A stretch of 64,000 nt of DNA from an uncultured Oscillospiraceae bacterium (GTDB lineage: Bacteria; Bacillota; Clostridia; Christensenellales; CAG-138): positions 20,121 to 84,120 of the forward strand of contig CAZBBX010000005.1 in assembly GCA_964490325.1 (NCBI GenBank). Direction: 5' to 3'. Position numbers and translations under genes: made by a program. Position 1 is the stretch's first letter, and every line of letters starts with the position of its first letter. The notes below the pieces were generated by a model, which made no database searches, was not told where the DNA came from, and worked only from the letters and a program-made list of their open reading frames with translations. This document shows, one piece after another, positions 46,698 through 58,918 of the stretch.

Positions 46698-47405
46698 TTA
46701 TGAGATCATGTCGCCCTGATGCGCGATGAGCGTTGCGTCGTACACGCCGTCCACGCGCAGGAACTTGTCGACAAAGCCCGTTTCGCTCTGACGCACACGC
46801 AGTTCCACAGCCATCTCGACGCCGTCCTGCTGGACGGTCTTGCTCTTGAGCTTGGCCTGCGGCAGCTGCGCGACCATCTGCTTGACGGTCTTGGAGGCGC
46901 GGTCATCGTAGTGCAGGATGAGCAGGTACGGGAGGGTAGCCTTGCCCTTGACCACGGTGATGAGGATCATCAATAGGCCGATCAGTGCAAAGCCGATGAT
47001 GCCCTCCAGGAAGTAGCCTGCGCCAAACGCGATGCCCTGCGCGATCGCCCAGAACATGAACACGGTGTCGATGGGATCCTTGATGGCCGTGCGGAAACGC
47101 ACGATGGACAGCGCGCCGACCATGCCCAGCGACAGCTTCATGTTGTTGGACATGAACATGATGACCATGGAGCTGACCATGGTGAGCATCACAAGGCTGA
47201 GGTTATAGCTGCGCGAGTAGATCACGCCGGAGAAGGTCTTCTTGTACACAAAGAAGATGCCCAGTCCGAACACGAACGCGCACAGGATGGTGGCGATGAC
47301 CAGCACGGGCTGGTCGCTGCTTTGGAAGGTGAAAATGGAACTTAGGACGCTGCTGCCGCCTGTTGTTGCGGTGGCAGTATCGGTCATACGCAGGGATTCA
47401 AGCAT
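46698..47405 (-). CDS. DUF4956-domain membrane protein
   Basis: SLGMVGALSIVRFRTAIKDPIDTVFMFWAIAQGIAFGAG matches my memory of the DUF4956 core. There are 4-5 TM helices plus a soluble C-terminal domain. Confidence 0.75.
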   Translation of the reverse strand: MLESLRMTDTATATTGGSSVLSSIFTFQSSDQPVLVIATILCAFVFGLGIFFVYKKTFSGVIYSRSYNLSLVMLTMVSSMVIMFMSNNMKLSLGMVGALSIVRFRTAIKDPIDTVFMFWAIAQGIAFGAGYFLEGIIGFALIGLLMILITVVKGKATLPYLLILHYDDRASKTVKQMVAQLPQAKLKSKTVQQDGVEMAVELRVRQSETGFVDKFLRVDGVYDATLIAHQGDMIS

Positions 47406-47446
47406 AACTTCCTCCTATTATTTCGGCCGCGCTGCGGCTCGTTTGC

Positions 47447-48136
47447 TTACGCTTCGTAGCGGCGGCAATACAGGTATTTGCTTGCCGCACTGTGCTGTGC
47501 GCTGTCCAGCTGCAGCAGCATACGGATGTACGCCGGCAGATAGCTGTTGAACTTGACCTCCAAAATGCACTGGCCGTCCATGCCGTCGGCGGGATAGGTC
47601 GGTACGTTTGGATCGAACAGATCGGTCTTGCGCAGCGAGCTGCGCACATCGCGGTCAAAGGTGATGCGAACGTCCTCCACGGGAAAGACGTAGGGTTCGC
47701 GCATGTAATCCACCAGTACACGCGGCTTGAGCGCACGGGTACGCAGCGCCGCATATGCCTCCTTGGCAAAGGGCTCGCTGCGATGCAGCAAAAAGCCGTA
47801 CTGCCCCGCAAGCAGGGCGTCGCACTCGCGCCTTGTGAGCGAAACGCTGTCCTTTTTGATGAATTGTCCGTTCTTGTGCTTGCGCTCCAGTTTGATCGCC
47901 GCATCGCTCATGTTGTAGATGCGGATGCGATACTTGTCGCGAAACTCCACGCCGGAGACCTTCTCCGTCACGGCTCGCTCGTAGGGGTCGTCGAAGTACA
48001 GACTGCGGATGAAGTACTCCCCGCCGTTCTTGACGGCGTGGGGATCCTGCGCCAGCGTGAGCCGAAGCCGCGTGCTTAACAGCGCCGCTTCCTCCTCGCT
48101 GATGATGTATTTTAGCTCGTGCCGATACCCGCTCAT
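47447..48136 (-). CDS. VTC-domain (polyphosphate-polymerase-like, CYTH/TTM tunnel fold) protein
   Basis: MSGYRHELKYIISEEEA...IRSLYFDD...RIRIYN...LERKHK...ILEVKF shows alternating charged beta-strands with an N-terminal ExK signature, typical of the bacterial VTC domain. Confidence 0.75.
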   Translation of the reverse strand: MSGYRHELKYIISEEEAALLSTRLRLTLAQDPHAVKNGGEYFIRSLYFDDPYERAVTEKVSGVEFRDKYRIRIYNMSDAAIKLERKHKNGQFIKKDSVSLTRRECDALLAGQYGFLLHRSEPFAKEAYAALRTRALKPRVLVDYMREPYVFPVEDVRITFDRDVRSSLRKTDLFDPNVPTYPADGMDGQCILEVKFNSYLPAYIRMLLQLDSAQHSAASKYLYCRRYEA

Positions 48137-48160
48137 GCTTGCTCCTTTGTTCCTGCCGCC

Positions 48161-51100
48161 CTAAGCGCCGAAGATACGCTGCATATCCTCGTCGCCAAGG
48201 TGGTAGCTCGTGTGTTCGTTCATATACTGTTGGCAGTACTTGAGAAAGTAGCTGCCGTAGTTGTTCGCAAAAGCGCGGACGTTGTTCAGATGCTTGTTCC
48301 AGTTGCTCACAGAGTTCCCAAAACGCGGCATATCCCATTTCATCTCCGCCTCGATGACGCCTGCTAACTGATCCGTCTTTGCAAGCACCTTTTCGGTGGT
48401 GAAGACCTCCTTGTAGAGCGTGGCGCAGGCATTGACGAAGCGCTCGCAAAAGTCATTATTGGACAGAAGCGCTCGAGACAGCACCGTGGAGAAGCCCGCA
48501 TTGGCGCCGTGCCCCTCCGGCTTGAAGTAGCGCCAGAAGAAGTCCCTGCGGTAGCCCGAGGTGTACGCGTCCTCCTTCTCGTCGTTGCGGTTCATCGCCC
48601 AGTCAAAGTCGTAGATGATGAAGCGCCACCTGTTGTCCTTTTCGCTGGAGCGCCACCACTTGATGTTGCCCGTGTCCGTGTTGCCCACCAGGATCTCTAT
48701 GGCGCAGTAGAGCGCGTAGTTGTCCACATCCACCTTGGAGCAGACATAGGCGTACTCCTCCGCGTTGAGCGAACAGTTGCGATCCTTGCAGTATTGGATG
48801 AGCGCCGCCCAGTCGTCCACGGCGCTCTCATCGCCGGAGACGTATGCGCCGTTGCCCACTAAGACGTCGATGCTGCCCTTGTCCGTGACGCTGTAGTGCT
48901 GGGCAATGAAGCTGCGGCTGATCTTCTCGCGCAGATAGTACATGCCCCAGTAGTTGCCGTTGAGGTAGACCACCGTCTGCACATAGGCCTGCGTACACAG
49001 ATCCAGCCCCGCGTCCTCCACCAAGCTCTGCACCAGCACGTCGCGGATCTTGGACATGGAGCTGTCCATAGCGCTTGCGCGCAGCACCAGCGAATCGTAG
49101 CTCGTAAACGGCCGATCGTCAAAGAAGGCATAGTTCAGATCCGACTCGCCGAAGCCCTTGCGGGAGATGAGGCCAAAGCCCTTCTGCTCGCGCTGAAAGC
49201 GGGAGTACGCGCCGAACATGCGGATCATCAGATCGCCTTCGTACAGCTCGCCGCTGCCGCCGCTGTTGACATAGGTAAAGCTGGCCTGCCGCTCCCATTC
49301 GCGTCCGCTTTGGTTGTAGTTGGCGCCAAGCTTGGTCGTGTCGTTGTAGCTGCTGCTGCGCAGGTACAGGCCGATGGTGTCGTCCGTGAGATTTTTGGGA
49401 TCGGTCACAAGGAACACCACCTTCAGCGAGGTGGAATGCGCCTGCTCCGTCTCGTTGGCGGGGTCGACGATGACATAGGTCTCGGTCGCAACATCGCTTG
49501 CCAAGCAGCCGTCGCGGAACGCTCTGGCGCGAACGACCGTGTTGGCGGGTGCGTTCTTGAGGCGCTGCAGGCTCTTGCTTGCGCTGTCCTCCGCGTCCGC
49601 CTCCGTTCCCGCGGGATCCACAGGCGCCGCCTTCCAGCTTGCCGTGATGACCTCGCCCGCGGTGTAGCGCGTGCTCGACTCGGTGGGCGTGCTGCAATCC
49701 AAGGTGTAGGTCACATAGCAGCCCTCCGGCACGGTGATGGTGATGCTCTGCGTCCCCGTGTACAGGCCGCTCTCCAAGGAAAGCGCGGGAGCCTCGCAGG
49801 TGGAGGTGCAGCCGCTTTGCACGTTTGCCGCGCCCATGGTGGGCGTCTCCATGAGGAGCCACTGCCCCGCGTCGTTGCGTCCGTAGGACACGCACGCACG
49901 ACAGGCGGGCACCTCCACGCGGTCGGTCATCTCTCCCGCCGCGTCAAACAGATACAGGGTCTCCCCCGCCGCCGCAATATCGAAATTCAAGGTGAGCGCC
50001 TTTTGCTCGGCGGTCACGGAGCTTGCGCTCTGTCCCTCCAAGGGCAGGCTGCCCTCTAAGTATACGATGAGATATCCTTTTGCGGCGATACTCGTTCCGT
50101 CAGGAAAAACCCATTTCTTGGGATTGGCGATGTTGTCCGTCAGCGCCATCCCCGTGAGGCTCTGCTCCTGATCGGAAGCGTTGTACAGCTCGATCCACGA
50201 CCCAAGATCCGCATCGTCGGGTCTGCCCTTGCTGTTGATGGTGTAGGCGTAGCCCTCCGTAAGGATCTCGGAGAAGCGAATGTCGTGCACGCCCACGTTG
50301 GGATAGCGTGCCGCCTCCCACGCGTCATAGCCCCCCTGTGTGTTGGGATAGCCGGGGGAGATGGTGGTCGTTGCCACAAAATCCGCCCCCGCCACGAACG
50401 CGCCGTTGGCGTCGTAGGGTCTGGCCATGCTGACGTCCTTCTGCTGCGCGCCAAACTCCACGCGATCCAGAATGCCGCCGTTCGCATCGGTCAGCACAAG
50501 GCTCTCGCCGTTTGACGAAAGGCCGAAGGGCAGGCAGTAGTAGCCCTCCACATCGTCCGCCGTGCTGTAAAGGACCAGATACGCGCCGGGGGCAAGGCTC
50601 GTCCCCTCGGCAAAGGTGTATTTGTAGGGCTTGGCGGGATCGTCCGAAACGCCCACGCCGCCAAGATCCAAGCTTGCGCTGCTGCTGTTGTACAGCTCCA
50701 CCCAGTCGCAGAAGCTGCCGTCGGGTCCGACCACGGTGTTGTGGTTGGCAGCCATGAATTCGGTGATGTACAGCCCGTTGTGAGCGGTGGTCAGCGTGCC
50801 GGCGCCGCTGCCGTCGGTGGGGATGGTGATGCTCTGCTCGTAGGCCTCCACGCCCTCGTCCGTGTTGGGATAGCCGGGGCTGGGCAGCTTTTCAAACCAT
50901 GTTTCCGTTTGGGGGTCGTAGTAGTAGGTGTTGCCTGCGCGCAGCTCGGGCAGCTCCTTTTGCAGCAGCACCGTGCCTGTGGCGTCCATGAAGCGCAGCA
51001 CATCCCCCGCCGAGAGCTTGAAATTGGCGATAAGGGTGTTTTCGACCGTCTTGCCGCTGCACCACACGACCAAGTACCCGCCTGCCTCGATGACGGTGTT

Positions 51101-51400
51101 GTTGGGGAAGGTCCAAGCGTCGGTCTCACGATCGCTCAGCGCCCAGCCGCTCACGTCCACCGCCTCGCTGCCGCGGTTGTACAGCTCGACATAGTCGGGA
51201 TGCTCGCCGTACTCGTCCGTCACAAGACCCGTGTTGGAGGTCATGACCTCGCTGACGATCACGGGAGAGCTTTGCCCCTCGTTCTTCGCCTTGCCGCTGC
51301 TGTTCACGCAGTTGGCAATGATGAGCACCACCACAAAAAAAATAAGAAAGGCCGCGATAAGGCCGAGTTGTGCTGTTCCTCTTCGCTTTGTTGCTTTCAT
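48161..51400 (-). CDS. Membrane-anchored CotH-family kinase-like protein with three lamin-tail-like domains
   Basis: The ATG is at 51400 (MKATKRRGTAQLGLIAAFLIFFVVVLIIANC). The LTD-like segments are DYVELYNRGSEAVDVSGWALSD, CDWVELYNSSSASLDLGGVGVSDD and GSWIELYNASDQEQSLTGMALTDN. The C-terminal ~450 aa are CotH-like (YLNGNYWGMYYLREK, NIKWWR, IIYDFDWAM). Confidence 0.8.
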   Translation of the reverse strand: MKATKRRGTAQLGLIAAFLIFFVVVLIIANCVNSSGKAKNEGQSSPVIVSEVMTSNTGLVTDEYGEHPDYVELYNRGSEAVDVSGWALSDRETDAWTFPNNTVIEAGGYLVVWCSGKTVENTLIANFKLSAGDVLRFMDATGTVLLQKELPELRAGNTYYYDPQTETWFEKLPSPGYPNTDEGVEAYEQSITIPTDGSGAGTLTTAHNGLYITEFMAANHNTVVGPDGSFCDWVELYNSSSASLDLGGVGVSDDPAKPYKYTFAEGTSLAPGAYLVLYSTADDVEGYYCLPFGLSSNGESLVLTDANGGILDRVEFGAQQKDVSMARPYDANGAFVAGADFVATTTISPGYPNTQGGYDAWEAARYPNVGVHDIRFSEILTEGYAYTINSKGRPDDADLGSWIELYNASDQEQSLTGMALTDNIANPKKWVFPDGTSIAAKGYLIVYLEGSLPLEGQSASSVTAEQKALTLNFDIAAAGETLYLFDAAGEMTDRVEVPACRACVSYGRNDAGQWLLMETPTMGAANVQSGCTSTCEAPALSLESGLYTGTQSITITVPEGCYVTYTLDCSTPTESSTRYTAGEVITASWKAAPVDPAGTEADAEDSASKSLQRLKNAPANTVVRARAFRDGCLASDVATETYVIVDPANETEQAHSTSLKVVFLVTDPKNLTDDTIGLYLRSSSYNDTTKLGANYNQSGREWERQASFTYVNSGGSGELYEGDLMIRMFGAYSRFQREQKGFGLISRKGFGESDLNYAFFDDRPFTSYDSLVLRASAMDSSMSKIRDVLVQSLVEDAGLDLCTQAYVQTVVYLNGNYWGMYYLREKISRSFIAQHYSVTDKGSIDVLVGNGAYVSGDESAVDDWAALIQYCKDRNCSLNAEEYAYVCSKVDVDNYALYCAIEILVGNTDTGNIKWWRSSEKDNRWRFIIYDFDWAMNRNDEKEDAYTSGYRRDFFWRYFKPEGHGANAGFSTVLSRALLSNNDFCERFVNACATLYKEVFTTEKVLAKTDQLAGVIEAEMKWDMPRFGNSVSNWNKHLNNVRAFANNYGSYFLKYCQQYMNEHTSYHLGDEDMQRIFGA

Positions 51401-51607
51401 TCCAATTCCTTCCGTCCGCGTATCGCGTCCGCATCCTGCTTGCGTACAAAAGCGGAGGCGCCGCGCTTGGCGGCAGCCGCTTTTTATGGGCACAACGGAA
51501 AAAGGCCTTCCGCGCCGACCCATTCATGTTGTTCATGATACCACAGGCTTCATAAAAATACCACGTTTGGCAAAAGAATTTACAAGTTCGCCGAAACTGT
51601 GCGCCTT

Positions 51608-52948
51608 TTAGCGATAGTCTGTGAGGAGGGTCAGCAGGGTCGAGCGCTCGTTGTCCTCGGGATGCACCGCGCAGTGCAGCAGCAGCTGGTGCTTGATGCG
51701 CCCCACCTCCTTGCCGGAGGACAGCTTCAGCTCCCGCATGATCTCGTTGCCGCCGATGCACAGCTGCCCCGGGCGGAAGGGCACGCCCTCCTCGCGCATG
51801 GCGGCAAGCAGGGTGCGCCAGCGCTTGGCCGTAAAGTCCAATTCGTAGCCGCTGCCGCGCACGTCCGCCTCGCGCACAACGATCAGATCCTCCACGCGCT
51901 GCTCGCCCCAGTCGCAGAAGCGTCTGCGCAGGGTGTCCTCCTTGGCGCCGTCCCACAGGTCGAACATGTGCATACGCACCCCGAAGCACACCCGCTCGAT
52001 GAGCGCGTTGGAGCAGCAGAGCCGCTTAAGGATGCCGCGGGTCAGGCGTTCGCTGTACACATCGTGCAGATAGAGCTTGCCCGTCTCCTCCTTGCAGGGG
52101 GGCTTGCCCACATCGTGCAACAGCCCCATCAGGCGGTACGGCAGCAGCGGCGGGGTGTTTTCGCAGGCGTGGAACATGTGGGTCAGCACATCGTAGCGAT
52201 GGTGGTCGCGGCGCTGCTCCATGCCGTCGCAGGGCAAAAATTCGGGAATGAGATACGCCCACAGTCCCAGTGAACGAAGCTGCTCCAGCGCGTCGAACAC
52301 GCGCTCCCCCGTAAGGATGCGGCTAAGCTCCTCCATGCGGCGTTCCTGCGCCACATCGTCCAAGAGCGCCGCGTTCTCCCTTGCCGCCTGCTCCGTGCCC
52401 TCCTCCACAGTAAAATCAAGCGCCGCCGAAAAGCGCACAAGGCGCAAAAGACGCAGCCCGTCGTCCCTTAGTATCCTCTGGGGATCCGCCGCTGTGGTGC
52501 GCAGCTGCCGCTTTTCCAAGTCGGCAAGGCCGCCTGTCGGGTCGATCAGCCGCCCCGTGGTCAGCTCGCAGTACAGGGCGTTGACGGAAAAGTCGCGGCG
52601 GAACGCGTCCAAGTTCAACTCCGTGGTGAACGCCACCTGTTCGGGTCGATGCGCCCCGCCCGCGCCGTAGCTTTCGGTGCGGAAGGGCGTATACTCCACC
52701 TTTCGATCGCCCAAGCGGAGCAGCAGGGTGCCAAGCTGCTCGTTGACCGTTTCGCAGGGCACGGACAGCTCGCCCAAAAGCTCGCGCAGCCTTTGCGGTT
52801 CCCACGCGCCCGTCAGGTCGTAGTCGTTCAGGGGACGCCCAAGCAGAGCATCGCGCACGCAGCCTCCCACGGCGTACAGCGTGCAGCCGTGCTTCTCGGC
52901 TTCGTTTGCAAGCGCCGTCACCGACGGCGGAAACGCAAGCGTGTCCAT
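51608..52948 (-). CDS. cca: CCA-adding tRNA nucleotidyltransferase with C-terminal HD domain
   Basis: LYAVGGCVRDALLGRPLNDYDL is the Pol-beta NT head motif (GG.VRD...D.D). RDFSVNAL is present, and the HD region is LLHDVGK. Confidence 0.85.
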   Translation of the reverse strand: MDTLAFPPSVTALANEAEKHGCTLYAVGGCVRDALLGRPLNDYDLTGAWEPQRLRELLGELSVPCETVNEQLGTLLLRLGDRKVEYTPFRTESYGAGGAHRPEQVAFTTELNLDAFRRDFSVNALYCELTTGRLIDPTGGLADLEKRQLRTTAADPQRILRDDGLRLLRLVRFSAALDFTVEEGTEQAARENAALLDDVAQERRMEELSRILTGERVFDALEQLRSLGLWAYLIPEFLPCDGMEQRRDHHRYDVLTHMFHACENTPPLLPYRLMGLLHDVGKPPCKEETGKLYLHDVYSERLTRGILKRLCCSNALIERVCFGVRMHMFDLWDGAKEDTLRRRFCDWGEQRVEDLIVVREADVRGSGYELDFTAKRWRTLLAAMREEGVPFRPGQLCIGGNEIMRELKLSSGKEVGRIKHQLLLHCAVHPEDNERSTLLTLLTDYR

Positions 52949-53028
52949 GTCTGCTTGTCCCCTTTCATTCTTCCTATTAGATTGTCCCCCTCCAAAGCGT
53001 TTACGCCCGAAGGGGGACTATTTTTTTG

Positions 53029-55623
53029 CTATTCCTCGTCGGAGGGCGCGTCCTTTGGATCCTCGTCGTCAAGGGAGACGTCGCTCACGCCGTCGGCCTC
53101 GTCGCCGCCGCTGATGGACTGCACCGCGTTCAGCTCGTCCTCCTGCGGGGTCTCGTCCTCGTCCTGATGCGGCACGACCACCACGCAGGCGATGCGCGTC
53201 CCGTCGTCCACATGCATGAGCTTGACGCCCTGCGTGTTGCGTCCGTAGGTAGAGATCTCGGCTACGGGCATGCGGATGACCTTGCCGTCGTCGCGCATGA
53301 GGATGAGATCCTCATCGCCCACGGTGATCTTGAGGCAGGCCAGCGCGCCTGTGCGCTCGGTGAGCTTCATGGCGATGAGCCCCTTGCCGCCGCGTCCCTG
53401 CAGGCTGAACTCCGCTTCGTCGCTGCGCTTGCCCATGCCGTTTTCGGAAACGGTCAGAAGCTGTGCGCCCTTTTGCACCTTGACCATATCGACCAGCTCG
53501 TCGCCCTCGTCCAGCTTCATGGCAATGACGCCCATGCCGCCGCGCCCCGTGGCGCGCACGTTTGCTTCGCTGAAGCGGATGCACTTGGCGTTGCGGGTCG
53601 CCATGAGGAATTCGTCCTCGCCATTGGACAGCTCCACGCGCATCAGCTCGTCGCCCTCGCGGATGGTCTGGATCGCCAGCCCCGTCTTGCGGATGTTGCG
53701 GCAATCGCCAAGGCGCGTCTTCTTGATAAGCCCCTGCCGCGTTGCCGTGACCAGATAGCCGTTCTCCGCAAGCTCCTTGCCCACGGGGAACATGGCCGTG
53801 ACGGTCTCGCCTGTCTGCAGCTGCAGCAGGTTGACCACGGGAACGCCCTTGGAGCCGCGTCCCGACTCGGGGATGGCGTAGCACTTGATGGTAAACGCCC
53901 TGCCGCGGTTGGTGAAGAACATGATCTTTGCATGGGTGCTGGTGACGAACATACGCTCCACAAAGTCCTCCTCGCGGGTGGACTGCCCCTTGACGCCCTT
54001 GCCGCCGCGCCCCTGCGACCGATACACAGCGGGGCTGATGCGCTTGACATAGCCAAAGTGGGTCATGGTGACCGCCATGTCCTCCTCTTGGATCACATCG
54101 TCCAGATCGATGTCGTCGATCATCTGCGTGATCTCCGTGCGGCGCGGGTCGTTGTAGCGCGCCTTGACCGCAAGCGCCTCCTCACGGATGATGTCCAAGA
54201 GCTTTTGCTCGTCGGCAAGGATGCTTTGCAGGTACGCCACACGCTCGGTGAGCTGCTTGCGCTCCTCAAGGATCTTGTCGCGCTCCAAGCCCGTCAGACG
54301 CTGCAAACGCATGTCCAAGATGGCCTGCGCCTGCCGTTCGCTCAGGCCAAAGCGGCTCATCAGGCGCTCTCTTGCAACAGCGGCGCTTTCGGAGCTTTTG
54401 ATGAGCGCCACGATCTCATCGATGTTGTCCAGCGCGATGATGAGTCCCTCCAAGATGTGGAGGCGCTCCAAGGCGCGGTTGAGGTCAAATTTGGTGCGGC
54501 GCGTGACCACGTCCTTTTGATGCTCCAGATAGTAGTAGAGCACCTGCTTGAGGTTCAGCACCCGCGGTTCGCCGTCCACAAGCGCCAAGGTGATGACGCC
54601 AAAGGTCGTCTGCAGGTCGGTGTGCTTGTACAGGTTGTTGAGCACCACGTTGGCGTTGACGTCGCGCTTTAGCTCGATGACGATGCGCACGCCCGTGCGG
54701 TCGGTCTCGTCGCGCAGATCGGCAATGCCCTCCACGCGCTTCTCGCGCACCAGCTCTGCGATGCGCTCCACCAAGCGTGCCTTGTTGACCTGATAGGGCA
54801 CCTCGGTGATGATGATGCGGGCATGCTGCGCCGTGACCTGCTCGATCTCGCTCTTGGCGCGCACGATGATGCGGCCGCGTCCCGTGCGGTACGCGGAGGC
54901 AATGCCCATCTTGCCCATGATGGTGGCTCCCGTGGGGAAGTCGGGTCCGGGCAGCACCTGCATCAGCTCGTCAATGGTGATCTGCGGGTTGTCGATGAGC
55001 GCGATGAGCGCATCGATGGTCTCGCCCAGATTGTGCGGCGGAATGTTGGTTGCCATGCCCACGGCGATACCGTTGCTGCCGTTGACCAAAAGGTTCGGGT
55101 AGCGGGCGGGCAGCACGGCGGGCTGGGTCAGCGTCTCGTCAAAGTTTGGATAGAAGTCCACCGTGTCCTTGTCGATGTCCGCCATCATTTCGGTGGCCAT
55201 CTTGGACAGGCGCGCCTCGGTATATCGCATGGCCGCCGCGCCGTCGCCGTCCATGGAGCCGAAGTTGCCATGTCCCTCCACCAGCGGATAGCGCATGGAG
55301 AAGGTCTGCGCAAAGCGCACCATGGCGTCGTACACGGAGCTGTCGCCGTGCGGATGGTACTTGCCCAAGCAGTCGCCCACGATGCGGGCGCTCTTGCGGT
55401 AGGGCTTGTCCGGCTGCAGACCCAGCTCGTCCATGGAGTAGAGGATGCGCCGATGCACGGGCTTTAGGCCGTCGCGCACATCGGGCAGGGCACGGCTGAT
55501 GATGACCGCCATGGCGTAGGCGATGAAGCTGCTCTTCATCTCCTTTTCCAAGTTGACGGGCAGGATGCGGCCGTTGTTGCCGCCGCCATGTATCTCGTTG
55601 AAATATTCGTAATCGTTCTTCAT
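53029..55623 (-). CDS. gyrA: DNA gyrase subunit A
   Basis: [29 protein letters not shown] and AAMRYTE are present. The GyrA box is [13 protein letters not shown], and there is an acidic C-terminal tail ([10 protein letters not shown]...[13 protein letters not shown]). It lies downstream of gyrB and recF. Confidence 0.95.
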   Translation of the reverse strand: MKNDYEYFNEIHGGGNNGRILPVNLEKEMKSSFIAYAMAVIISRALPDVRDGLKPVHRRILYSMDELGLQPDKPYRKSARIVGDCLGKYHPHGDSSVYDAMVRFAQTFSMRYPLVEGHGNFGSMDGDGAAAMRYTEARLSKMATEMMADIDKDTVDFYPNFDETLTQPAVLPARYPNLLVNGSNGIAVGMATNIPPHNLGETIDALIALIDNPQITIDELMQVLPGPDFPTGATIMGKMGIASAYRTGRGRIIVRAKSEIEQVTAQHARIIITEVPYQVNKARLVERIAELVREKRVEGIADLRDETDRTGVRIVIELKRDVNANVVLNNLYKHTDLQTTFGVITLALVDGEPRVLNLKQVLYYYLEHQKDVVTRRTKFDLNRALERLHILEGLIIALDNIDEIVALIKSSESAAVARERLMSRFGLSERQAQAILDMRLQRLTGLERDKILEERKQLTERVAYLQSILADEQKLLDIIREEALAVKARYNDPRRTEITQMIDDIDLDDVIQEEDMAVTMTHFGYVKRISPAVYRSQGRGGKGVKGQSTREEDFVERMFVTSTHAKIMFFTNRGRAFTIKCYAIPESGRGSKGVPVVNLLQLQTGETVTAMFPVGKELAENGYLVTATRQGLIKKTRLGDCRNIRKTGLAIQTIREGDELMRVELSNGEDEFLMATRNAKCIRFSEANVRATGRGGMGVIAMKLDEGDELVDMVKVQKGAQLLTVSENGMGKRSDEAEFSLQGRGGKGLIAMKLTERTGALACLKITVGDEDLILMRDDGKVIRMPVAEISTYGRNTQGVKLMHVDDGTRIACVVVVPHQDEDETPQEDELNAVQSISGGDEADGVSDVSLDDEDPKDAPSDEE

Positions 55624-55633
55624 TGCATCGTCC

Positions 55634-57589
<1,956 letters not shown>

Positions 57590-57647
57590 TTACATCCTTT
57601 TCTTGCCATATCCTTGCATATTGTTTTTGTGTAAAAGTTTTCGAGGC

Positions 57648-58742
57648 TCAGACCTCCACGATCGCCCCGTCGCGCACCGCAAGCACCTGCATGCGCTCCG
57701 CGCCCGCTCGAGTCAGCGGCTCCAGCTGCGTGCAGCTGATGAAGGCCTGACAGCCCTCCACGCTCTCCAAAAGGCGCTTCTGCCTGTTCGTGTCCAGCTC
57801 GGAGAACACATCGTCCAACAGCAGCACGGGCTTTTCGCCGCGGATGCGCTCGATCAGGTCGATCTCGCTGAGCTTTAGGGACAGCGCCGCGCTGCGCTGC
57901 TGCCCCTGTGAGCCGTAGACGCGTGCGTCCAAGCCGTCCAGCTGCAGGCTCAAATCGTCCCGATGCGGCCCCACCGAGGTGTAGCCGCGATAGAGATCCT
58001 TCTCCAACGCGTCCGCCAACGCGTCCCGCATCGCCATTTGCAGCTGCTCCTCGGCAACGGGGGGCAGATCCTGCTCGTAGCCCACGAGCAGCTCCTCCGC
58101 GCCGCACATGCTGCGATGCCGCCTTGCCGCGATGGGCGTCAGCTCGCGGACAAAGTTCGCTCGCTCCGCCGTGATGGCCGCGCCCAAGAGGCTCAGCTGC
58201 TCGTCCCACTGCGCAAGCGTGTCCAAGCCCTCGCGATCCACCACCTTTAAAAGGTTGTTGCGCTGCTTGAGCGCCTGGTTGTACTGCTGCAGGCTGTAGT
58301 AGTACGCGGGCTTGAGCTGGCTCAGCTCCATGTCCATGAAGCGCCGCCGCTCGGCAGGACCGTCCTGCACCAGCGCCAGATCGCTTGGGGAGAACATGAC
58401 CACGTTTAAGCAGCCCATCAATTCGCCGCTGCGGGAAAGCAGACCGCCGTCAAGGTAGACCTTCTTGCGCTCCCGCGCCGTCAGCTCCACGCGCACCTGC
58501 CGCCTGCCGCCCCGTGTGCAGACGCGCAGCTTCACGCCCGCCTCCTCCTGCGATTTTTTGATGAGGTCGGCGTCCCGCGGCGTGCGGTGGCTCCTTCCGA
58601 AGGCGCACAAAAAAACGGCTTCCAGCACGTTCGTCTTGCCTGCGCCGTTGGGTCCGGTCAGCACGCAAAGCCCCTCGTCGGGGGTCAAGCTCAGCGCGTC
58701 ATAGTTGCGAAAATGATAGAGCTGTAAGCCGTCTATGCGCAT
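57648..58742 (-). CDS. recF: DNA replication and repair protein RecF
   Basis: I trimmed the ORF to the ATG at 58742 (MRIDGLQLYHFRNY...). Walker A is GPNGAGKTNVLEAV, the signature is GSQGQQRSAALSLKL, and Walker B is VLLLDDVFSELD. Confidence 0.9.
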   Translation of the reverse strand: MRIDGLQLYHFRNYDALSLTPDEGLCVLTGPNGAGKTNVLEAVFLCAFGRSHRTPRDADLIKKSQEEAGVKLRVCTRGGRRQVRVELTARERKKVYLDGGLLSRSGELMGCLNVVMFSPSDLALVQDGPAERRRFMDMELSQLKPAYYYSLQQYNQALKQRNNLLKVVDREGLDTLAQWDEQLSLLGAAITAERANFVRELTPIAARRHRSMCGAEELLVGYEQDLPPVAEEQLQMAMRDALADALEKDLYRGYTSVGPHRDDLSLQLDGLDARVYGSQGQQRSAALSLKLSEIDLIERIRGEKPVLLLDDVFSELDTNRQKRLLESVEGCQAFISCTQLEPLTRAGAERMQVLAVRDGAIVEV

Positions 58743-58848
58743 GACTTTTCCTTCCGCTTCGAATGGTTTAGTATACCACATTTCCTTCCACTTGTAAATA
58801 TAATATAGTAGAGACAGGCGTCTTTTTTTCAATATTTCCGAAAAATGC

Positions 58849-58877
58849 TTACATTTCGCCGCGTTTTGTGCTACAAT
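58849..58877 (+). promoter_or_regulatory. Sigma-A promoter (extended -10) for the CarD-family gene
   Basis: TTACAT (58849-58854), a 17-nt spacer ending in TGTGC, then TACAAT (58872-58877). Confidence 0.55.
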
Positions 58878-58918
58878 GAAAAAGAAGAATTGGCAGGGTA
58901 TGTCTAAAAGGAGAAACT

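Noticed and set aside
52983-53027. Hairpin GTCCCCC…GGGGGAC followed by TATTTTTTTG on the plus strand, between cca and gyrA
   Set aside because: The T-tract is on the plus strand, but both flanking genes are on the minus strand. On the minus strand the hairpin is not followed by a U-tract. I therefore did not call a terminator. It may still be a weak attenuator between gyrA and cca.
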